Source: a virus (Duplodnaviria > Caudoviricetes). From it: a DNA stretch of 64,000 nt. A program made the translations under genes and the position numbers. The first letter of the stretch is position 1; every line of letters begins with the position of its first letter. Where the stretch lies: positions 14,663 through 78,662 of the IMG/VR virus record IMGVR_UViG_3300033072_001201, one strand, 5' to 3'. The notes under the pieces are model-generated. The model saw only the letters and a list, made by a program, of their open reading frames with translations, was not told the origin of the DNA and did no database searches. Of the stretch, positions 18,897 to 26,902 are shown piece after piece.

Positions 18897-19361
18897 ATGT
18901 ATTTTCGACGAATTATTATTTTGGTGTTAATTATTTCGCCATTTTTAACGCCAAAACTCCACGCCGAAAACCAAGTTATAGACGACAATATTATTTTGCA
19001 AGCAATTGCCCAAGTAGAAAGCAATGGCCAATACTGGCGAATTGGAAAACATCGAGAAAAAACAAAATATCAATTTGTCGAATCTACTTGGTATCAATAT
19101 TCCGATGTTCCATTCTTTTTTATTGAACAAGGGCATTACGAAAAAGAATCCGATGTTGTTGCATATAAACATCTTGCAAAAATTAAACAGTTTTTATCTG
19201 CGCGAAATCAATGTTCTGTAAAAAATATTGCATTTATTTGGAATGCTGGTTTCGGGGCCTATAAGAGGGGTAAGTTACCAAATTCGACGAAAAGATATAT
19301 GCAAAAAGTAGAAAAACAATATTATTTGTTAATCAACTCCTTGCCCGAAAAATCTTTATAA
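18897..19361 (+). CDS. SLT/lysozyme-like transglycosylase with N-terminal signal peptide
   Basis: Hydrophobic N-terminus; AIAQVES (catalytic Glu), KYQF...TW, WNAG motifs. Confidence 0.75.
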   Translation: MYFRRIIILVLIISPFLTPKLHAENQVIDDNIILQAIAQVESNGQYWRIGKHREKTKYQFVESTWYQYSDVPFFFIEQGHYEKESDVVAYKHLAKIKQFLSARNQCSVKNIAFIWNAGFGAYKRGKLPNSTKRYMQKVEKQYYLLINSLPEKSL

Positions 19362-19498
19362 TAACAAAGTAATTTTACGAGCAAAAAACTTGACGCGGAA
19401 ACCAATAATGTTGTAGAAGATTATCGTCAATATTATAAACTTGCAAAATTCCATCTGTTTCGCTGGAAAAATCGACCCGTTCCTAGCTGGTTATTGCC

Positions 19499-19828
19499 AT
19501 GAAGAAAAAAGATAAAAATCAACAAACTTTGGATTTCGGGCAAGAAATTCCCGTGCAAAAACCCATAATTGAAATTAAAAAAGCAGAAATTGTAAATTGC
19601 TCTAATTCAACAATTTATTCTAATTCAACAATTTATATTGCCTACAAAGATGGCCAATATTTTGGAGAAACGGATTCGGACAAAAAATTGATTAAAGACT
19701 TGACAAATCAGGATTTTTTGAATAGATTTGATCTAGAAAAACTAAAGAATCTCGCCGCGAAAAATGGTATTATGTCAATTTGTATAACGCACCCTTTGCC
19801 AAAATATCAACCACCGACTAAGAAGTAA
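19499..19828 (+). CDS. Hypothetical protein
   Basis: 109-aa ORF. Confidence 0.6.
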   Translation: MKKKDKNQQTLDFGQEIPVQKPIIEIKKAEIVNCSNSTIYSNSTIYIAYKDGQYFGETDSDKKLIKDLTNQDFLNRFDLEKLKNLAAKNGIMSICITHPLPKYQPPTKK

Positions 19829-19853
19829 AAACAATAAAAACTCCCTTTTTATT

Positions 19854-20447
19854 ATGATTCAGCCCATTAATCAATTATCAATCGGAAGCATTGCCAAAAT
19901 TCCATCCCTTCCTAATATCAATAGCATCACCGTCCTTCATATTAATTTTTCGGGCGTCCGAGTAAAAGGCTCAGAAACTTTAGATGAAAAAACTACATTT
20001 TTCGATCATATTGTTTCCGGCCAAACTCCAGTAGAAAAAATTGGATTTGACGCCAATATTGCAAATCAACATGCTGAAAAAGAAGCAATAAGAGAGGGAA
20101 TTATTTTGCAAAAGGCAGAAAAAAGTCTTGCGCCAAAAGAAAAGGGTGATAAAGTAGAAGAGTCGAAAGAAACAATTCAATCAGATAACAATAATAAATT
20201 AGAGGAAACAAAAATGTCAGACGAAAATACAACTTCAGAAACTCCGGTTGCAGAAACCGCTCAAAACCAACAAGTTACAAATCAAACCTTTGTTGCGCCA
20301 ACTCCCGAGTTTTCGGCCAAGGAATTTGCAGAGGCTAATAAACTCCCTTATCCTAATGCACTTGCCTACCTTAAACTAAATGCAAAAGAAGTTGGCAAGC
20401 GTTCTAATGGCCGGGGGCGTCCCACTATCCTTTATTCCCTGAAGTAA
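19854..20447 (+). CDS. Hypothetical protein with C-terminal wHTH-like/GRGRP DNA-binding segment
   Basis: Ends ...KRSNGRGRPTILY; internal GAGG-preceded ATG at 20214 may be a second start. Confidence 0.65.
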   Translation: MIQPINQLSIGSIAKIPSLPNINSITVLHINFSGVRVKGSETLDEKTTFFDHIVSGQTPVEKIGFDANIANQHAEKEAIREGIILQKAEKSLAPKEKGDKVEESKETIQSDNNNKLEETKMSDENTTSETPVAETAQNQQVTNQTFVAPTPEFSAKEFAEANKLPYPNALAYLKLNAKEVGKRSNGRGRPTILYSLK

Positions 20448-20478
20448 TAGACTATCAAAAATTAAGAAAAAATCCAAG

Positions 20479-20511
20479 GGCTTAGAAAATTAAAAACTTC
20501 TAAGCCTTTTT
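20479..20511 (+). terminator. Intrinsic terminator
   Basis: GGCTTAGAA/TTCTAAGCC stem plus T-run. Confidence 0.7.
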
Positions 20512-20780
20512 GCTATTTTATCAATTGAGAGTTCGCTCTCACCTAACCATTAATTTTATGAACATTCCCTTTGATAATCCTAATCTTCCTTTTTTTCTTT
20601 TTAATAATTCGGTCAATTTATTTCGCTATTCAAGATTCTAGTTTTTGGGATTAGGGCAAAAAAATCGCGGAAAATTCTTTGCCTTAGCAAAGCGAAAAAC
20701 GAAGTTTTTTTCTTGCGCAAACCGTTTTGGCGTGGTACTTTTGGGACAGTTAACACGAAAACCAAAAACTCCCTTCAATT

Positions 20781-21179
20781 ATGAATTTTGATCGTCTTGT
20801 CGAAATCTCCCGAGCTTTGAAGGACGAAAAGCAAACGGGCCGGGCTTTTCATGTTACTTTTGCGTTGAGAAAGAATCGAATTATTGCCTTGGGTTGCAAT
20901 GATTACACAAAGACTCATCCTCTAACTATTAATTACCAAAATCGTTTCAACAATAGTTTTAAGTATATTTCGGGTATTCATAGCGAATCAAGAATTATTA
21001 GCCGTTTGAAAATGGACGATCTTTCTGATTTTACGTTTGTGAACATTCGTATTATGAATGATGGAAATTTGGGTATGAGTGCTCCCTGTGTAAACTGCCA
21101 TCAACTTTTGTTAACCTATAATGCAAACAAGCTTTTTTACTCTAATACTCTCGGCGGTTTTAGCAAACTAATTTTTTGA
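20781..21179 (+). CDS. Zn-dependent cytidine/dCMP deaminase-like protein
   Basis: HSE and APCVNC motifs. Confidence 0.85.
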   Translation: MNFDRLVEISRALKDEKQTGRAFHVTFALRKNRIIALGCNDYTKTHPLTINYQNRFNNSFKYISGIHSESRIISRLKMDDLSDFTFVNIRIMNDGNLGMSAPCVNCHQLLLTYNANKLFYSNTLGGFSKLIF

Positions 21180-21190
21180 AAGGAATTATT

Positions 21191-21604
21191 ATGTGTCTTA
21201 TCAATCAAAGTTATCCACAATATCAAGGATCAATCCGTTGGAAATTTTTAACCAAAGAGGGTGAATTTCTTAGAAGTCCTTCTTTTATGTTTTATTGGAG
21301 TAGAGCTAATAATCTTGCAGATAATTATAATTATCTTTTTGCGAGCAGTCAATGTGGTCTTCACGTTTATCTTTTTCAACAAACCGCAATTAATGCGGCG
21401 AAAAATTGGTTTGAAGATCATTGTGATTTTAAACAAAAAGTTTTTATCGCCAAATTAAAATGCTCAAACTTTTTGGGCGGCGGCATTATTGACAAATGCG
21501 ATAATTATTCTGACGGCAAACGCGGCGAACGATGGGGAAGGGCCGATATTTTGGCGATTTATGATATTGACGGGAGAGAAGTGACTAAAATGTTTTTTAA
21601 GTAA
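21191..21604 (+). CDS. Hypothetical protein (paralog of 3993-4376)
   Basis: Shared MC..IRWK..SP..G.HV..KC motifs. Confidence 0.7.
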   Translation: MCLINQSYPQYQGSIRWKFLTKEGEFLRSPSFMFYWSRANNLADNYNYLFASSQCGLHVYLFQQTAINAAKNWFEDHCDFKQKVFIAKLKCSNFLGGGIIDKCDNYSDGKRGERWGRADILAIYDIDGREVTKMFFK

Positions 21605-21627
21605 TCTGAAACCAATAATTACTCCAA

Positions 21628-22143
21628 ATGCACGCTTATTATCTAGGTGGATTTTTCAATAATCGCTATGCAATTATTTCAGATTTTGAATCAAAAGCAA
21701 TTCATAATCTTGATTTTGACGCAATTGTTGTTTGTGGAATTGGGGGATTATTGTTTGGCCCAATTTTGGCCCATACTTTTAGCAAAGAACTTATTGTAGT
21801 TAGGAAACCCGATGATATTAATAACCATAGTGGTTCTATTATTGAAAGTAGGGATTTACGAAAAAAGTTTAGATATATTTTTGTTGATGACCTAATCGCG
21901 AAAGGACTGACTTTCGCCTATGTAAAAATGGTATTGGAAAATTTTTGCCCAGATGGTGGTTGTGTTGGTGCTTTTACTTATAAGGGTGGAACGACAATTT
22001 ACGATGTTGGATTTTTAGAAATTACAAATACGACTGTTAATAGAACTTATAATAACAAAATAAAAGAATATAAAAAGATCATTAAAAAGTCTAAAACCTA
22101 TAATTCATTTGGATGTTTAGTAACATCAAAAGATTATGTTTAA
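21628..22143 (+). CDS. Type I phosphoribosyltransferase-like protein
   Basis: PRPP-binding loop YIFVDDLIAKGLT; G...GP..A...VVRK. Confidence 0.8.
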   Translation: MHAYYLGGFFNNRYAIISDFESKAIHNLDFDAIVVCGIGGLLFGPILAHTFSKELIVVRKPDDINNHSGSIIESRDLRKKFRYIFVDDLIAKGLTFAYVKMVLENFCPDGGCVGAFTYKGGTTIYDVGFLEITNTTVNRTYNNKIKEYKKIIKKSKTYNSFGCLVTSKDYV

Positions 22144-22342
22144 AACTCCCTTTAACACTCATTTATTTTTGCAAATCGGCCAATGCGTCCCATCTAATTA
22201 TTTTAATCCTCCAAGTTTTGGCGGCAAACTAACCGATCAACTAACTTGTTTTCGCGGAGGAACTTCCGCCGAAAATTCAGAGAAACTATTATTTAGGCGA
22301 AAAATGGGCGGGTGGGTATTACAAGATATTGAGAGGGAATAA
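22136..22342 (+). CDS. Hypothetical protein
   Basis: 68 aa in operon. Confidence 0.45.
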   Translation: MFKTPFNTHLFLQIGQCVPSNYFNPPSFGGKLTDQLTCFRGGTSAENSEKLLFRRKMGGWVLQDIERE

Positions 22343-22345
22343 ATT

Positions 22346-22549
22346 ATGAAAAATCTAATTGAAGCACTAACTATTTTTTCAAAATATACCAACTCCAACT
22401 ATCCAACAAGTTGCGAGCACGATATTTTATACGTTCAAGTTGACCCGGCAGAAGTTACTTATGATGATAAAACTAAGTTGAACGACTTGGGATTTCATGC
22501 TGATATTGATAATCATAATTTTTATTCTTATACTTTTGGATCTTGTTGA
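22346..22549 (+). CDS. Phage hypothetical protein (CEHD motif)
   Basis: LIEALTIF.KY...PTSCEHD...LGF...FGSC; GAGGG leader. Confidence 0.75.
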   Translation: MKNLIEALTIFSKYTNSNYPTSCEHDILYVQVDPAEVTYDDKTKLNDLGFHADIDNHNFYSYTFGSC

Positions 22550-22559
22550 AAGGAATATT

Positions 22560-22853
22560 ATGCAATTTTATGAAGTAGTTATTTGGACTCCTGATTATCC
22601 CGAAACAATGATTCATATTTGGGAAGACGGATCAATTGGCGATGTTTATCGATATAGAAATAATTGCCTTGCCCAAAATAATTGTCGCAATCCAGAAGAT
22701 TGGCAAAGTGGTTCTAATAGTCTTTTTAGCCATTATATTGGCAAAAACAAAAACCAATTTCGCGCCAGAGCTTTCGCCCAACTAAGACGAGATATTAAAA
22801 ATGGGGAATTAACTAATGACAAATTTGTAAAACTTTTGACAAAGGTTAATTGA
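22560..22853 (+). CDS. Hypothetical protein
   Basis: ATG at 22560 after AAGGA. Confidence 0.65.
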   Translation: MQFYEVVIWTPDYPETMIHIWEDGSIGDVYRYRNNCLAQNNCRNPEDWQSGSNSLFSHYIGKNKNQFRARAFAQLRRDIKNGELTNDKFVKLLTKVN

Positions 22854-22907
22854 TTAGTTTGTGAGAAAATTCTTGACCAAATCGCCTGATTTTGCTACCG
22901 TTTAATT

Positions 22908-23192
22908 ATGGTAAAACTAATTGAATATCAAACACTTGTAACAGCAACCAAGGCGTCCGACAATCAATCTCTTTATAGATGTCCGAGGTGTTTTAAATGG
23001 CACGCAAACCATTGGAATCTTGATTATTTAGCGGATAAACCAGAAGATAATATTAAATATTTTGGTCGGCAAAAATTTTGCGATAAGTGTGAGGAAACCC
23101 TTTGGAAATTAGCAGAAACGCCGGAATTTTCTAATCATCCTGCGGCGATTGCAGTAAAAAATCATTGTGAAATTTTGGGGAGGAGTTTGTAA
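22908..23192 (+). CDS. Hypothetical Zn-finger protein
   Basis: CPRC...FCDKC. Confidence 0.65.
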   Translation: MVKLIEYQTLVTATKASDNQSLYRCPRCFKWHANHWNLDYLADKPEDNIKYFGRQKFCDKCEETLWKLAETPEFSNHPAAIAVKNHCEILGRSL

Positions 23193-23413
23193 AAAAATGA
23201 AAAACGATAAAACGGTTTCGGATATTTTTAGTATTGTCGCAATTATTATTCTAATTTATCTTGCGATTGTTTCAATTACAAAAGTAGGATTTTAAAGCCA
23301 CTGACCCACGAATAAATTCGCGTGTCCTCTTTCCGTCATTTTATGCAAAAAGAATTACAAGATAATTGTTATAAACTTATTGATTTTATCAATTAAAATT
23401 CGGGCGAATAATT

Positions 23414-23647
23414 ATGAATCCCAATTATATTACTCTAAATCTTTATCCCCCGCAAAATCCAGAACGTGCCTTAAATTGGGCTTATGGAATTAATGTAGGG
23501 CAGAATACTTTTCTTTTAGGATATATTGAAAATCCAGTTAAGAATCAAAAGTTTTTAATGGGGAAAGTTAAGAAAGCCTATAATTATGTTTTAGCAGGAC
23601 AACCTGCCGACTGGCTAACTAATCCAAAATATAAGAAATTAAGATAA
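23414..23647 (+). CDS. Hypothetical protein
   Basis: 77-aa ORF. Confidence 0.5.
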   Translation: MNPNYITLNLYPPQNPERALNWAYGINVGQNTFLLGYIENPVKNQKFLMGKVKKAYNYVLAGQPADWLTNPKYKKLR

Positions 23648-23670
23648 TTGAAGAAAATTGGTTTTCGGCG

Positions 23671-23698
23671 TTGACTTCCTGCGAAAATCTGATACTGT
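23671..23698 (+). promoter_or_regulatory. Promoter for the tRNA/ncRNA cluster
   Basis: TTGACT-16 nt-TACTGT. Confidence 0.6.
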
Positions 23699-23818
23699 CT
23701 AATTGTTGAAGGCAAGAAACGTTTTCAACAGTTCTTTTTAGAGTTCTTTGGTTTCAATTTTTAGTTAGTGGAGAAAATTGAGTGGGACTAAAAACCCCTA
23801 CCATTAATTAAAAACTTT

Positions 23819-23944
23819 GGCGATATAGTTTAAGGACAAAACAGCTTTTTGATAAAAAGCAGATATTAGAAATTAGTTGTTTAGCATATTAGGATCTGCG
23901 TATTACACTCATGATAGTTAGTTAAAAATTTCTAATTATCGCCA
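23819..23944 (+). ncRNA. tRNA-Ile(GAU)-like RNA with a 55-62 nt insert in the variable/T region
   Basis: Acceptor GGCGATA/TATCGCC+A, D arm GTTT/AAAC, anticodon arm GCTTT-TTGATAA-AAAGC, ATTAG/CTAAT stem enclosing 62 nt; no TTC loop. Confidence 0.65.
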
Positions 23945-23956
23945 ATTTATTTTGCA

Positions 23957-24044
23957 GAGTAGTTTTTTGTTCTTTGTAGTTCGAAATACAAATAGGGCCG
24001 AAAGGATATTTGAGCCGAGAAATAATTCCCTGCTCGACTCACCA
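23957..24044 (+). ncRNA. Degenerate tRNA-Ser(CGA)-like RNA ending in ACCA
   Basis: TTTGTA-GTTCGAAA-TACAAA arm, Leu/Ser-like variable arm GGCCGAAAGG, 3' GACTC-ACCA; acceptor 5/7 paired, D arm absent. Confidence 0.35.
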
Positions 24045-24087
24045 ATTTTAAAGAATTATTAATCAGAAAGTTTTCTCGCCGAAAACC

Positions 24088-24115
24088 TTGACTCTCGCCA
24101 AAATTCTGGTAAGGT
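24088..24115 (+). promoter_or_regulatory. Sigma70-type promoter
   Basis: TTGACT-16 nt-TAAGGT. Confidence 0.6.
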
Positions 24116-24180
24116 AGTCTCAAGATTAGATTTGAAGCCGATATTTGCTCATTTAATTTTTGTTCTTTTATATTTTTAAA

Positions 24181-24332
24181 GTAATTATATAGCTCGTCTG
24201 GTATTAGAGCTTAATAAAGAGAGTTGCAAATTTCTTTATTATAGGATTTTGAAAGGATAGGAACGACCTGTTTATTACAATTTCCGAACCGGGCATTGCT
24301 TGGTGGCGTGGTTCAAATCCACAATAGTTACT
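24181..24332 (+). ncRNA. tRNA-Cys(GCA)-like RNA with 10-bp anticodon stem and about 70-nt variable insert
   Basis: Acceptor GTAATTAT/ATAGTTAC, D arm GCTC/GAGC with GG, AATAAAGAGA-GTTGCAAA-TTTCTTTATT, T arm GTGG-TTCAAAT-CCAC. Confidence 0.6.
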
Positions 24333-24382
24333 TTAGATATTTTTGTTCTTTATTCACCAATGTTCTTTTTAGATAAATTAAT

Positions 24383-24564
24383 TGATTATCGGCGTGGAAG
24401 GACACGCAGAAATGTCGGGACCGTAACAATCTGGAATTTTTGTGGTTTAGGCTTTGATTTGGTCTCCTGTTGACACAAATTTTCGCAAGTCCGAGAGGAA
24501 CCAGTACGAGCCGAGGTTTTGCCGAATATCAAGCGGAAACAAGTATCAAGCCTTGTATAATCAA
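24383..24564 (+). ncRNA. tRNA-framed ncRNA (acceptor, D and T arms; about 130-nt structured core replacing the anticodon arm)
   Basis: TGATTAT/ATAATCA, GCGT-GGAAGGAC-ACGC, ACAAG-TATCAAGC-CTTGT; flanks extend to a perfect 19-bp inverted repeat 24371-24389/24557-24575. Confidence 0.65.
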
Positions 24565-24785
24565 TTAATTTATCTAATTAGGCAATTAGTTAATTTATTC
24601 TTTATTTTAGAGAAAAACAATCTCTCCAATTTCCGCGATAAATCCCATTAGATCGTCTATCTTTTGGCGAAGGATAAGATAATAATAACTGTTAGTATGT
24701 ATAATGTGGTTTGCATTGTGGTTTATGTGTGTGTAATATCCTTCGCGGAATATTTTCTTACGCAAAAAAAATTCGCGAAAAAAGC

Positions 24786-24813
24786 TTGTTTAGGACGGAA
24801 ATTCTGCTACTCT
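24786..24813 (+). promoter_or_regulatory. Sigma70-type promoter
   Basis: TTGTTT-16 nt-TACTCT with TG extension. Confidence 0.55.
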
Positions 24814-24824
24814 TTAGAAAGTCA

Positions 24825-25055
24825 AGGTTAACGCGGCTGGCGAGCCGAATCTTAACGAAAGTTTTTTGACTCCCTCTCAAATTAGATATTGGAACTTCAA
24901 CCCAAATTATCTAATTGCGAGGTTGGTTTGTAAGATAGTAATTGTCGGAATTTATTTTCTTAGCCTTCCCGGCTAATGAAACTTCGGGTGATCTTATAAT
25001 CTCGATATGGTTATTGAACTAAGGTTCGATTGTAAAAACCCAGCCCGAAGACATT
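24825..25055 (+). ncRNA. Unclassified structured RNA upstream of tRNA-Ile
   Basis: No ORF; stems AATTAGATA/TATCTAATT (24880-24916), TAGCC/GGCTA (24961-24975), CTTCGGG/CCCGAAG (24982-25050). Confidence 0.4.
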
Positions 25056-25079
25056 TTTTGTTAATTGTTCTTTTATAAT

Positions 25080-25512
25080 CCATCGTTAGCTCAATGGTTA
25101 GAGCAGGCGACTTGAGCAATATGAGCACTACAATATTAAATGAACTAAAATTCATTTAATTAATAAGGGAAACCTTATAGTGAAATGGTGTAAATTCAAT
25201 GAACGGTGTAAAATCCCAACGTTGAGCGAAGCTTTAGATTGAAAAATCTTTAGAACGTGCAGAGACCATAATCACCGATCTAAATTAAAGTATCCCGTAT
25301 AATGAAATACACGCAATGTTGTTAGTTGGCAGTGTTTTACGGAGCGGAAATGTAACAAATACACCGAACTTTAACAAGATCAAGGCATGGCCCAGACCAC
25401 AAACAAATATGTAAACATTAGGTTCATAGCGTGATGGTAAAATATTTGGTAGTGAAAACTATAGTGGTAAGATAATCGCCCGACCTTAGTTCAATTCTAA
25501 GACGATGGACCA
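25080..25512 (+). tRNA. trnI: tRNA-Ile(UAU), exons 25080-25113 and 25472-25512, encoded CCA
   Basis: Spliced cloverleaf: CCATCGT/ACGATGG+ACCA, GCTC/GAGC, GGCGA-CTTATAA-TCGCC, CTTAG-TTCAATT-CTAAG. Confidence 0.85.
25114..25471 (+). mobile_element. Group I intron (358 nt, no ORF) in the tRNA-Ile anticodon
   Basis: U|...G| boundaries; IGS GAGCAC; P3 TGGTG/CACC; P4-like TTCAAT/GTTGAG; P7 GAGACCA/TGGCCC. Confidence 0.85.
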
Positions 25513-25532
25513 ATTTTTTAGTTCTTTTAAAT

Positions 25533-25877
25533 GCCGCTGTGATGGAAGGTATACATCAAAGTCTTAGTTAAACTCCTAATAATCAATAACTTAGGAGAAT
25601 TGAGCACTTAGTTAGAAATAATTAAGTGAATGTCCTTAAAGTCGGGGAAGGCTAAGTCATAGTAATATGATATGTTAATCCCGAACCAAGCATTGAATTG
25701 TATTTATACAATTTGAGGGCGTGTGTAGAGAGCAGACAGGGACAATCTGACCGTCTAATTATATTAGATAGAAGATTATGGGGTGCTCCTCGTGAATAAC
25801 CAGAATCGAAAGATTCATTTCGCGAAAAAAACTTTGGCCCGAAAGGGATTGTGGGGTCGAACCCACCAGCGGCACCA
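25533..25877 (+). tRNA. trnL: tRNA-Leu (probably UAA), intron-split, 5' exon 25533-25565, encoded CCA; atypical T loop
   Basis: GCCGCTG/CAGCGGC+ACCA, AAAGT/ACTTT anticodon stem, long variable arm GGCCCGAAAGGG, T arm GTGGG-GTCGAA-CCCAC. Confidence 0.75.
25566..25824 (+). mobile_element. Group I intron (about 260 nt, no ORF) in the tRNA-Leu anticodon; 3' boundary uncertain (25824-25826)
   Basis: CTT| 5' site, IGS GAGCAC, P2 CACTTAG/TTAAGTG, P3 TGTCC/GGACA, AAAGTCGGGGAA..AATCCCGAACCAAGC, P7 GAGAGCA/TGCTCC. Confidence 0.85.
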
Positions 25878-25951
25878 ATTCTTTTTACAAGATAAAAGGA
25901 GCAACTTATTAATCTGGCCTAGCCGATTAGTAGATTCTATGTTTCATAGTT

Positions 25952-26674
25952 TTAATGGTTACACACTCCGGAATGATTAGTTGGTAAAATTCCATCTTGT
26001 AAAACATTTTTATTGTTTGAAAGTTTAGTATTAATTAAATTAACTATAATTTCTAGAAAGGGTTTAGAAGATAATTCTGTGAATCGTTTTTGTCCGGAAG
26101 TATCAATTATACAAAGCTCTATTCCTTTTTCTAAACAAGCTTGAAATTTGCGATTGTCGTTGTTTTGAGTTTGTTTTAGTTTTTCCTCTCCGTATATTGG
26201 CTCATAGTGAAAAATCCCATTTAATTCAACCGCCAATTTTAAAGATGGGATATAAATATCAAGTTCAGAATTGATTGTATCTTTTCTGGAATAATGGATT
26301 TCTAATTTTGGGTATAAAATATTTAGTTCTTTTTCTAAAAATAATTCAAGTTTTGACCGACGATAGCCTTTAGTTTTATGAGTGTTATTATAAGTCGCGG
26401 CGCAAGATGAACAACAAAAGTTATTCGGATGTTTTTTGACTTGACTAGCAACTTTATAAAATTCTTTGCCGCATTGTTTACAAGTTACCAATTCTTTTGT
26501 TATATGCGCCTTGTGTTGGCACTTTCCAGAACAATATAATTTATCAATTTTTGATTTTTTAATACGATGCTTCAAAAATCTTTGAGCAATTGTAAACTCT
26601 TTATTGCAATAATCACATTCACAGCGAATTTGCGCGTTATATTTCTTGTCTAAATAAGATTCTAGTATTTTCAT
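25952..26674 (-). mobile_element. Free-standing homing endonuclease: Cys-rich Zn-finger repeats plus PD-(D/E)XK (Vsr/DUF559-like) domain
   Basis: CECDYC, CKQC..CCSSC repeats; ELDIYIP.LKLAVELNG.FHY; ATG at 26674 follows the late motif at 26695-26704. Confidence 0.75.
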
Positions 26675-26761
26675 AATTTTTAATGTTACATCTAGTAATA
26701 CACTAAAAACTTGAAATTTATTAAGAATCTTATCTAGAATACTATTTTCTTTTATTTTTAT

Positions 26762-26871
26762 GATCCTGTAACGCCGATGGTTTCTACCCATCCCAATCTA
26801 GGTTTTCATTAACCTTAAATAAAAAAGCGTAATTGGAAGGTATGGGCGTTCAACTCGCCTCAGGATCTCCA
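26762..26871 (+). ncRNA. tRNA-like RNA with a 34-nt expanded anticodon loop, encoded CCA
   Basis: GATCCTG/CAGGATC+TCCA, T arm GGGCG-TTCAACT-CGCCT, stem CCAAT/ATTGG enclosing an AGGTT/AACCT hairpin. Confidence 0.6.
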
Positions 26872-26902
26872 TTTTTATTATCAACTTACCAAATCCCCCA
26901 AT

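Noticed and set aside
24454-24651. ORFs 24454-24651 and 25783-25980
   Set aside because: Non-ATG starts overlapping well-supported RNA structures.
25941-26016. Possible additional tRNA remnant (GTTTCATAGTTTTAATGG...GTAAAACA)
   Set aside because: Poor D and anticodon pairing, no TTC loop, and it overlaps the HEG C-terminus.
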